A DNA stretch of 64,000 bases from Phycisphaeraceae bacterium (GTDB taxonomy: Bacteria > Planctomycetota > Phycisphaerae > Phycisphaerales > Zrk34), in the NCBI GenBank assembly GCA_040905565.1, contig JBBDRF010000083.1, forward strand, positions 1 to 64,000. The letters run 5' to 3'. Of this stretch, positions 50,057 through 57,757 are shown piece after piece. The position numbers and the translations under genes are program-made. Below the pieces are notes generated by a model, which was given only the letters and a program-made list of their open reading frames with translations, searched no databases and was not told the origin of the DNA. Each line of letters starts with the position of its first letter. Position 1 is the first letter of the stretch.

Positions 50057-52561
50057 ATGACACCATGCCACGTAAATAACTCTTGGCTCCTCGGGACCGC
50101 GATCTTCGTCTGCCTCGCAAGCGGAGGCGTCGCACAGGCCCAGTCTCACGCCGAGAAGGTCGCCCACTTCGAGCAGCACATTCGACCGGTCCTCATGACC
50201 AGCTGCCTCGAGTGCCACAGCCGCCAACGCTCGGAGAACCACTTCCGGGTCGACACGCGGCAGAACCTCATCGCAGGCGGTCGTAACGGTCGCGCCATCA
50301 ACCCCGGCAACCCGGGCGACAGTCGGCTGATCCAGGCGCTGCGCTACGAGCATGAAGATCTGCAGATGCCGCCTGATGGGAAGTTGGAGGATCGCGTCGT
50401 CGCTGCCTTCGAAAAGTGGGTCGCCGACGGGGCCGTCTGGCCCGAAGAACTGGACCTGCCACAGGACAACGTGGCGATGGAAGAAGGCCGAAAGCACTGG
50501 GCCTATCAGCCGATCACCGACCCGCAGGTGCCCGAGGTCGAAGGCGCTTCGACGCCCGTTGATGCCTTTATCCTCGCCCGTTTGAACGATGCGGACATGC
50601 AGCCGGTGCCGCCCGCGGATCGTCGCACCCTCATCCGCCGCGCCACGTACGACCTCATCGGCCTACCTCCCACGCCCGAACAAGTGGACGCGTTTCTTAA
50701 CGACGATCGGCCCGACGCCTACGAGCGACTCATCGAACGCCTCCTCGACTCCCCGCGCTACGGCGAGAGATGGGGTCGACACTGGATGGATGTCGCCCGC
50801 TATGCCGACACGTCAGGCGACGGGGTCGACCGGCCCGTCCCCGAAGCGCAGCTGTACCGCGACTACATCATCGACGCCTTCAACACCGACATGCCCTTCG
50901 ATGAATTCATCAAGGAACAGATCGCCGGCGACATCCTCGCCAAGCAAACAGGCGAACGCTACGAAGAGCGCATCATCGCCACGTCCTACATCGCGCTGTC
51001 GCGCCGGTTCGGCAACGGCACGTTCTCCAGTATGAATCTGGTGATCGAAAATTCTATTGACACGATCGGCCGCGGGTTGCTCGGACAGACCCTCAGCTGC
51101 GCCCGGTGTCACGATCACAAGTTCGACCCCATCCCCGAGGATGATTATTACGCGCTTTACGGAATCTTCTCAAGCACGCAGTACCCTCACCCCGGGTCGG
51201 AGCATGGTCGGGAGCGCTCGCATCTGGTCCCCTACGAGCAGGAAAAGCTCCAGCAGGCAGCCGATTGGGAAACCGAGCGTAATCGCCTGAAACAGGAAGT
51301 TAAGGAGCGCTTTAAGACGCATAACCTCGTGAAACAGGCAGGCGCTTTACAAGCTGAAATAAACGAGATCAAAGAGCAGCTAAAGGCGGACAACGCGGAA
51401 AAAGACGCACTTGAAGCACGCCTTGCCGACCTGCGAAGCCAGCGTGACGCAAAGCGGGACGAGCACGCGAAGCTGCTTGCCGAGGCGAAGAAAGAGATCG
51501 ACAACCGCCCGCCGCCCGAGTCCCGCAAAGCGTATGCCGTGACGGATAAGCCCAAGGGCGAGATCGGCGATGCGCACGTGCACGTCGCCGGCAACCAACA
51601 TCGCAAAGGCGCACGGGCGCCGCGAGGCTTCCTCAGTGTGATCACGCCGGAGCAGCCGGAGATTCCCGGCGACCAGAGCGGGCGGCTGCAATTGGCCGAA
51701 TGGCTGGTGAGTGAGGAGAATCCGCTGACGCCGCGTGTGATGGCTAACCGCATCTGGCATTGGCACTTCGGGAAGGGCATCGTCGCGACGACGAACAACT
51801 TCGGGTTGCAGGGCGAGAAGCCGACGCACCCGGAACTGCTGGATTATCTGGCCAGCCGATTCGTCGAAAGCGGCTGGTCGTTCAAGGCCATGCACCGCGA
51901 GATCATGCTCAGTGACGCCTATCGGCGGGCGAGCGTGACGAACTCGGCGAATGTCGCGGAAGACCCAAGCAATGACATGCTATGGCGTTACGAACGACGC
52001 CGACTTGAGGCCGAGGCGATTCGCGACGGGGTGCTGCTGGTGTCGGGAAGGCTTGACCTTTCCGAACCGAAGGAGCATCCGTTCGGGTCGATCAAGGACC
52101 ACGAGCGGTTCACGCAGCACAACCCGTTCCTCGCGAACTTCGACAAATATGAGCACGACCACCGCTCGGTCTACCTGATGACCCAACGGCTGCAGAAGCA
52201 TCCGATCCTGGGGCTTTTCGATGGCCCTAACCGCAATCAGCCAACGGGGGTACGTCGTGTTTCGACCGTGCCGCTGCAGTCGCTGTTCATGATGAACAGT
52301 GCGTTTATCAGGCGAAATGCGGAGAGTTTCGCCGAGACGCTGCTTGCGATGGAGGCGTCGGATCGCGAGCGGATCAACGTGGCGTTCGAGCGGGCGATGG
52401 CGCGGCCGGCGACGGACGGTGAACTGGCCGAGGGGCTGGCGTTCGTCGACGAGGTGCAGGCGGAACTGGGGGAGATGGATGAGCAGGCGCGGACGCGGCA
52501 GGCGTGGAGCAGCTTTGCGCGGGTGCTGTTGAGCAGCAGCGAATTCGTCTATGTCGACTGA
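50057..52561 (+). CDS. Planctomycete cytochrome c / DUF1549 / DUF1553 (PSCyt1-PSCyt2-PSD1) protein
   Basis: Signal peptide, CLECH, YGERWGRHWMDVARYAD, CARCHDHKFDP, PTHPELLDYLA. Confidence 0.95.
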   Translation: MTPCHVNNSWLLGTAIFVCLASGGVAQAQSHAEKVAHFEQHIRPVLMTSCLECHSRQRSENHFRVDTRQNLIAGGRNGRAINPGNPGDSRLIQALRYEHEDLQMPPDGKLEDRVVAAFEKWVADGAVWPEELDLPQDNVAMEEGRKHWAYQPITDPQVPEVEGASTPVDAFILARLNDADMQPVPPADRRTLIRRATYDLIGLPPTPEQVDAFLNDDRPDAYERLIERLLDSPRYGERWGRHWMDVARYADTSGDGVDRPVPEAQLYRDYIIDAFNTDMPFDEFIKEQIAGDILAKQTGERYEERIIATSYIALSRRFGNGTFSSMNLVIENSIDTIGRGLLGQTLSCARCHDHKFDPIPEDDYYALYGIFSSTQYPHPGSEHGRERSHLVPYEQEKLQQAADWETERNRLKQEVKERFKTHNLVKQAGALQAEINEIKEQLKADNAEKDALEARLADLRSQRDAKRDEHAKLLAEAKKEIDNRPPPESRKAYAVTDKPKGEIGDAHVHVAGNQHRKGARAPRGFLSVITPEQPEIPGDQSGRLQLAEWLVSEENPLTPRVMANRIWHWHFGKGIVATTNNFGLQGEKPTHPELLDYLASRFVESGWSFKAMHREIMLSDAYRRASVTNSANVAEDPSNDMLWRYERRRLEAEAIRDGVLLVSGRLDLSEPKEHPFGSIKDHERFTQHNPFLANFDKYEHDHRSVYLMTQRLQKHPILGLFDGPNRNQPTGVRRVSTVPLQSLFMMNSAFIRRNAESFAETLLAMEASDRERINVAFERAMARPATDGELAEGLAFVDEVQAELGEMDEQARTRQAWSSFARVLLSSSEFVYVD

Positions 52562-52604
52562 AATTGCACGATCTGAGATATGGTTACACGGAAAGGCGTT
52601 GCTG

Positions 52605-53996
52605 ATGTCCAGTGCTGACCGGAACATGTTGAGTCGCAGGCGTTTGCTGTTGCAGTCGGCAATGGGGATGGGGGCCGTCTCGCTGGGCGCGAAGTATCCG
52701 CTGGTGCAGCGTGCGTGGGCTGGGGAGCCGACGATGGCGCATCCGCTGGCGCCGAAGTCGCCGCACTTCATGCCGCGCGCCAAGCGGGTGATCATGCTGT
52801 TCATGACCGGCGGCGTAAGCCACGTCGACAGCTTTGACCCCAAGCCCGAGCTTAATAAGCGTGCCGGTGAGGATTCCCGGAAGAACGGTCGCAAGTGGAA
52901 GGCGAGTCTTTGGGATCATAAACCGCGGGGCCGAAGCGGGATCGAAACCACGGACCTGTTCCCGCACATCAGTGATCAGATCGACGACATCACGCTGATC
53001 CGCTCGATGTACGGGGACTTCGGCGATCACTTCGAAGCGACGCTTCACATGCACAACGGGTACGGCACCGCGATGCCCAGTATGGGCGCGTGGGTGAGCT
53101 ATGGGCTGGGGACGGCGAATCCGAATTTGCCTTCCCACGTGGTGTTTGCCGCGCGTAAGCCGTATGCCGGGGCGCAGGTTTGGGACTCGGTTTTTCTGCC
53201 CGCGTACCACCAGGGGATGCAGGTCAGCCCGGGCGGAGAGCCGATCCCGTACGTTCGGCCCCATGAGTCGAACGCCAAGATTCAATCGCATGAGCTGGCA
53301 TTACTGGAGAAGCTGAACGGGCGGCACATGTCCGGCCGAAGCGATTCGAACCAACTGCCGGCGCGGCAGCTGGCTTACCAGACTGCGGAGAGTTTGCAGA
53401 ATGTCGCACCCGAGGTGTTCACGCTGAGCGACGAGACGGACGCCACGCTTGATCTTTACAACGTGCAGGGCCGGGACGACAACGCGAGCTTCGGGTGGCA
53501 GTGTTTGATGGCGCGCAGGCTTGCCGAACGGGACGTGCGTTTCATCGAGTTGATCGACACGGGGGCGAACAACAACTGGGATCAGCATGCGAACATGCCT
53601 CGGCACGGCGATCTGGCGAAGGTGGTCGACAAGCCGATCGCGGGGCTGCTTCAGGATCTTAAACAGCGTGGGATGCTTGATGACACGCTGGTGGTGTGGT
53701 GCACGGAGTTCGGCCGGACGCCGTTCGAGGATTCAAACGCGACGGGCCGGGGGCATTGGCGTAACGGATTCACGACGTGGCTTGCGGGCGGCGGCGTGAA
53801 GCGCGGGCATGTGCATGGCAAGACCGACGAGATGGGCTGGGAGCCTGCGGAGAACGGCGTGCATACGCATGATTTCCACGCGACGATTCTGGCGCTGCTG
53901 GGCCTGGACCATACGCAACTGCACTATCCGCACGGCGGGCGCAACTTCCGGCTGACCGATGTGCATGGTCACGTGGTGGACGATATTTTCGCTTGA
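52605..53996 (+). CDS. DUF1501 family protein (Tat signal)
   Basis: SRRRLL, AKRVIMLFMTGGVSHVDSFDPKP, WDQH, TEFGRTP, RLTDVHG. Confidence 0.95.
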   Translation: MSSADRNMLSRRRLLLQSAMGMGAVSLGAKYPLVQRAWAGEPTMAHPLAPKSPHFMPRAKRVIMLFMTGGVSHVDSFDPKPELNKRAGEDSRKNGRKWKASLWDHKPRGRSGIETTDLFPHISDQIDDITLIRSMYGDFGDHFEATLHMHNGYGTAMPSMGAWVSYGLGTANPNLPSHVVFAARKPYAGAQVWDSVFLPAYHQGMQVSPGGEPIPYVRPHESNAKIQSHELALLEKLNGRHMSGRSDSNQLPARQLAYQTAESLQNVAPEVFTLSDETDATLDLYNVQGRDDNASFGWQCLMARRLAERDVRFIELIDTGANNNWDQHANMPRHGDLAKVVDKPIAGLLQDLKQRGMLDDTLVVWCTEFGRTPFEDSNATGRGHWRNGFTTWLAGGGVKRGHVHGKTDEMGWEPAENGVHTHDFHATILALLGLDHTQLHYPHGGRNFRLTDVHGHVVDDIFA

Positions 53997-54032
53997 TGTG
54001 TGGGTTCGTGAGAACGATTTGGCGCCGTTCCG

Positions 54033-54061
54033 CCCGGCCGTCTTCGCTGGCGGGGGCACCC
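54033..54061. repeat. Family-A REP-like palindrome
   Basis: CCCGGCCGTCTTCGCTGGCGGGGGCACCC, variant of 3745-3782. Confidence 0.7.
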
Positions 54062-54086
54062 CGCGTGAGGGTGGTTCGGCGGGGGA

Positions 54087-54114
54087 CCGGCTTGGCGACA
54101 AGTCGGCTTTTTTT
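54087..54114 (+). terminator. Intrinsic terminator after DUF1501 gene
   Basis: CCGGCTTG-GCGA-CAAGTCGG hairpin followed by C and T7. Confidence 0.7.
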
Positions 54115-54153
54115 GCTTGTGTGGAAGCTTTTGTCACTTCAACGGAGATCGAG

Positions 54154-55131
54154 ATGGTCAAACAGCAACGGCAGCGCGGCGTGGTGTTCGGAGTGTTTGG
54201 TGCGGTGGCGCTGGCGATGCTGACGTCGCTTGCGACGGCGGACGAGCCGATCTACAGCGATGTGAAGGAAGCCGAGAAGCATCCTGATTTCCTGCTGCAA
54301 GGTGAGTACGCAGGGGCGGATTGGGCGATGCAGGTGGTCGCGCTGGGTGAAGGGAAATTCCGGGGGTATCTGCTGCGGGGCGGGCTGCCGGGTGCGGGGT
54401 GGGACGGCGAAGAGCGGGTCGAGTTGATGGGCGAGCGGAACGGCAGCACGGTCACGCTGAGGGGCGAAGGGGACACGCGCGGGAAGATCGTCAAGGATCG
54501 GCTTTCGATTCAGGGATTGACCCGGGGAACCATCAAGCTTGAACGGGTAGAGCGTGCGAGCGAGACGGTTGGACAGGAGCCTGCTGAGGGTGCGGTCGTC
54601 CTTTTCGATGGCAGCTCGGCGGAGCACTGGGAAGGTCGGATGGACGAGGCGGGCCGGCTGATGAACGGGGCGACAAGCAAGCAGCGTTTCGGCGATCACT
54701 TTATTCATCTGGAGTACCTGGTGCCGTTTCGGCCGCAGGCGCGGGGGCAGAATCGCGGGAACAGCGGGCTGTACATGCAGGGTCGATATGAACTGCAGAT
54801 GCTTGATTCGTTTGGTGACATTGGGGCACATAACTTGAATGGTGGGATTTATTCGGTGGCGGCTCCGAAGGTGAACATGAGTTTGCCGCCGTTGACGTGG
54901 CAGACTTATGACATTGAGTTTCGGGCGGCGCGATTCAATGAAGCTGGGGAGAAGGTCGAGCATGCACGAGTGACGGTGCGGCATAACGGGGTGCTGACGC
55001 ATGAGGATGTTGAGGTGCCGCATGCGACGACGGCGAGCCCGATGGGCGAGGGTGCGGAGCCGGGGCCGGTGAACCTGCAGGATCATGGGAGCCCGGTGCG
55101 GTATCGGAACATCTGGGTCATTGAGCGGTAG
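54154..55131 (+). CDS. DUF1080 (3-keto-disaccharide hydrolase-like) secreted protein
   Basis: AVVLFDG, RGNSGLYMQGRYELQMLDSFG, WQTYDIEF, LQDHGSPVRYRNIWV. Confidence 0.92.
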   Translation: MVKQQRQRGVVFGVFGAVALAMLTSLATADEPIYSDVKEAEKHPDFLLQGEYAGADWAMQVVALGEGKFRGYLLRGGLPGAGWDGEERVELMGERNGSTVTLRGEGDTRGKIVKDRLSIQGLTRGTIKLERVERASETVGQEPAEGAVVLFDGSSAEHWEGRMDEAGRLMNGATSKQRFGDHFIHLEYLVPFRPQARGQNRGNSGLYMQGRYELQMLDSFGDIGAHNLNGGIYSVAAPKVNMSLPPLTWQTYDIEFRAARFNEAGEKVEHARVTVRHNGVLTHEDVEVPHATTASPMGEGAEPGPVNLQDHGSPVRYRNIWVIER

Positions 55132-55161
55132 GGTTGGTTGTTTGGTGAGTTTGATTAGCGC

Positions 55162-55202
55162 AAAGAAGAGCCCACGGCGTGACGCCGTGGGCTTCTTTTT
55201 TG
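55162..55202. terminator. Probable bidirectional terminator between DUF1080 gene and fliC
   Basis: 11-bp stem AGCCCACGGCG/CGCCGTGGGCT, A-rich on the left and T-run on the right. Confidence 0.8.
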
Positions 55203-55222
55203 GATGATGTTTTCCAGTGTTT

Positions 55223-56692
55223 TTACTGGAGGAGTTGGAGGACGTTCTGGGCGCTGTTGTTGGCGGTGGTCAGAACGTTGGTGCCGACACTGGTGAGGAT
55301 CTGGGCACGCGTGAGTGCGGAAGTCTCCTTGGCGAAGTCGGCATCGCGGATGCGTGACTCTGCTGCGGAGAGGTTCTCAAGGGAGGTCTGAAGCGACCGC
55401 ACATTCGTTTGAAGCGTGTTGCGTTCCATGGCACCGAGGCGACCTCGAGTGACGGAGACCTGTGTGATGGCATCATCGATGATGCGACTGGCTTCAGCGG
55501 CGTTGCCGTTGGTCAGTGAGTTTTCACCGCCTGAGACGATGGAGCTGAGGTAGCCGCTGAGCGAGTTGCCCAAGCGGTTTGCGGACATGGACCCGATGCC
55601 GAAGTTCACCTGCTGTGAGCTTTCGACTTGGGGGCCGAGTTGGAACGTGGTTCCGCCGCCTGTGAGTGTGAAGCTTTCGGGGGAGCCGACGGTCTGCGCG
55701 AGCGTTTCGTCGAGTTCCATGTCGAGCTTGAGCGCATTGGTGTTGAGGGAGACGTTAAGGCCTTTGCCTTCGGCGATGGAGCCGTTGATGAGGGCGGTCA
55801 CGTCTTCGCCGGTGTCGCGGTTGGCGGCGGCGGCGGAAGCGCCGACGTCGTCGTGGGTTTCCCAGAATTCGCCACCGTCTGATCCGGGGACGCGCTGGAC
55901 GGAGACGAAGGCATCGGTTCCGTAGCCGGTGCTTTCGAATTTGAGGGCGTCGTCGGTGCCGGCTTCGCCATCGACGACCTCGGCGCGGACGCCTGTGGAA
56001 TCGGTCGCACGGTTGATGGAGAAGGCGACGGCGCTGAGTGCGGTGCCTGAGGAGAACTGGAGTACGTCGACTCCTTTTTCTCCGGCCACTTCGAGCGTGA
56101 CGGCACTGGGCAGCGTGGTGGCGCCGGTTGAGAGGAAGAGGCCGGCTTTCTGGGCGCTGGCGACGACTTCGACGTTGACGGGCAGGGTAGAGTCGCCGCC
56201 GAAGTTCGCGGAGTGGACGCGGACATCTTTGATCTTGTCAGGCGCGACGCCGCTGGTGACGTAGTCGAGTGAGCCGTCGAGCAGTTTAAGCCCGGCGAAG
56301 CTTGTGGTGTTGGCGATGCGTGTGATGGACTCGACGGCGGAGTCGATCTGAAGCTGATTGGCTTCGACCTCTTCGCGAGAGAGCCCGGCATCGTTGGCGG
56401 CTTCGATGGTCAACGCCTTGATGGAGTTGAGCAGAGAAGCGACTTCGGACATGGAAGCTTCGGCAGTGGAGAGCACGTTTGTGGCGCGTTCTGCATTGTC
56501 GATCGCCTGGGTGATACCGCCGATTTCGCTGCGCATGCGCTCAGAGATGATGAGGCCGGCGGGGTCGTCGGAACTGTTATTGATCCGGACGCCGGTGCTG
56601 AGGCGCTGCAGCCTTACCTGCAGGTCATCGTTAGACCTGGCGAGGTTCTGTTGGGCGATAAGTGAGGAAACATTGGTGTTGATCCTAGCCAT
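55223..56692 (-). CDS. fliC: Flagellin
   Basis: MARINTNVSSLIAQ..RLSTGVRIN..DDPAGL; AESRIRDADFAKE..QNVLQLL. Confidence 0.97.
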   Translation of the reverse strand: MARINTNVSSLIAQQNLARSNDDLQVRLQRLSTGVRINNSSDDPAGLIISERMRSEIGGITQAIDNAERATNVLSTAEASMSEVASLLNSIKALTIEAANDAGLSREEVEANQLQIDSAVESITRIANTTSFAGLKLLDGSLDYVTSGVAPDKIKDVRVHSANFGGDSTLPVNVEVVASAQKAGLFLSTGATTLPSAVTLEVAGEKGVDVLQFSSGTALSAVAFSINRATDSTGVRAEVVDGEAGTDDALKFESTGYGTDAFVSVQRVPGSDGGEFWETHDDVGASAAAANRDTGEDVTALINGSIAEGKGLNVSLNTNALKLDMELDETLAQTVGSPESFTLTGGGTTFQLGPQVESSQQVNFGIGSMSANRLGNSLSGYLSSIVSGGENSLTNGNAAEASRIIDDAITQVSVTRGRLGAMERNTLQTNVRSLQTSLENLSAAESRIRDADFAKETSALTRAQILTSVGTNVLTTANNSAQNVLQLLQ

Positions 56693-56693
56693 G

Positions 56694-56711
56694 ACAATCC
56701 TCCTTGATTGC
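56694..56711 (-). promoter_or_regulatory. CsrA-type GGA-loop hairpin overlapping the fliC Shine-Dalgarno
   Basis: GCAATC-AAGGAG-GATTGT immediately before the ATG. Confidence 0.65.
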
Positions 56712-56824
56712 GGCTAAGGCCGGTACCTGGCGTTGATCATCGCCTTCGTTGGTGCCGGTTGAGGTGCTTGTGAGTCGCACGGCCCCGTGGGCCGCGCCGG
56801 CGCTCCTTCGCTCCGGATGCGTCT

Positions 56825-57091
56825 CTATTTATTCTGAGCGCCGCCGCGTTTGTCGCGGTCTTCAGGGCGCTTCAGTCTTTGCGTGGCTTTGTTCAGGTCT
56901 TCGAGTTTCACCTGTGAGGCCTCTCTGTTTTCCCGCTTGATGGCCTCGTATACCTCCTTGCGGTGGACGGGGACATTGGCGGGTGCGGATATTCCGAGGC
57001 GGACTTTATCGCCCCGGATGTCGACGACGGTGATTTCGATGTCGTCGCCGATCATGATTGTTTCGTCGCGCTGACGGGAAAGCACGAGCAT
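56825..57091 (-). CDS. csrA: Carbon storage regulator CsrA
   Basis: MLVLSR..ETIMIGDDIEITVVDIRGDKVRLGISAPANVPVHRKE. Confidence 0.97.
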   Translation of the reverse strand: MLVLSRQRDETIMIGDDIEITVVDIRGDKVRLGISAPANVPVHRKEVYEAIKRENREASQVKLEDLNKATQRLKRPEDRDKRGGAQNK

Positions 57092-57201
57092 GGTTGTAGC
57101 TCCTTCCGTGGAGTTGCGCAGGTGAGTGAGGGTCTGACCGCATCACTCACGGTACGCATATCGATCGGCTCCATCCGATCGTTTGCAAGGTGCCGCCGGG
57201 A

Positions 57202-57645
57202 CTACGCCGAGGCGGAGACAGAGCCGCCCAGATCCACCAGCGGTACCCGCGTGTGGAAGCGTCGATCGCTGAGGACGAGCTGTTCGCCCGTTCGGCGTTC
57301 GGTGTGGACCACGAGCGGGCCCTGTAGGTTGCCCGTCAATTGGTTCCCGCGACGGTTGACGATGACGAAGACCTGCGCCTCGGCGAGCGAGGCCATGCCC
57401 ATCTCCTCCATCTGGTCGGGCTTGAGCGGGACGACGTAGTCCTTCACGAACAGGCTGGGGTCGGTGACCACAAACGCCAGTTCGGGCACGTCGCATGCCT
57501 GAAGCCAGAAAAACTGCCCTTCATCGCCAGGCTGAATCAGCGCGAACTGTTTCGCCTGCGGGAAGCCGAGCACACCCTTGGGGAAGGTCAGCACGCGTTG
57601 CTGATCCACCTCCACCGGTCCGAATCTTGTTGTGTTGACGATCAT
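57202..57645 (-). CDS. fliW: Flagellar assembly factor FliW
   Basis: TTRFG, FPKGVLGF, WLQ..LAFVVTDP, NLQGPLV; AGGAG RBS supports start 57645. Confidence 0.93.
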   Translation of the reverse strand: MIVNTTRFGPVEVDQQRVLTFPKGVLGFPQAKQFALIQPGDEGQFFWLQACDVPELAFVVTDPSLFVKDYVVPLKPDQMEEMGMASLAEAQVFVIVNRRGNQLTGNLQGPLVVHTERRTGEQLVLSDRRFHTRVPLVDLGGSVSASA

Positions 57646-57757
57646 CACAACACTCCTGTCCAAGCGGCCATCCATCCGTGGATATTGCTCATTGCTGAGC
57701 AGCGACATCCTGTCACCGGTTCGGCCGATGAACCGGCGTAGTCAAGCGGTGAACCGT

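Noticed and set aside
49707..50135. 142-aa minus-strand ORF upstream of gspE
   Set aside because: Overlaps the PSCyt gene start, spans the AT-richer promoter region and has no protein-like features.
57150..57757. Sigma-28 promoter for fliW, csrA or fliC
   Set aside because: GCCGA-like -10 matches lack a correctly spaced TAAA -35.
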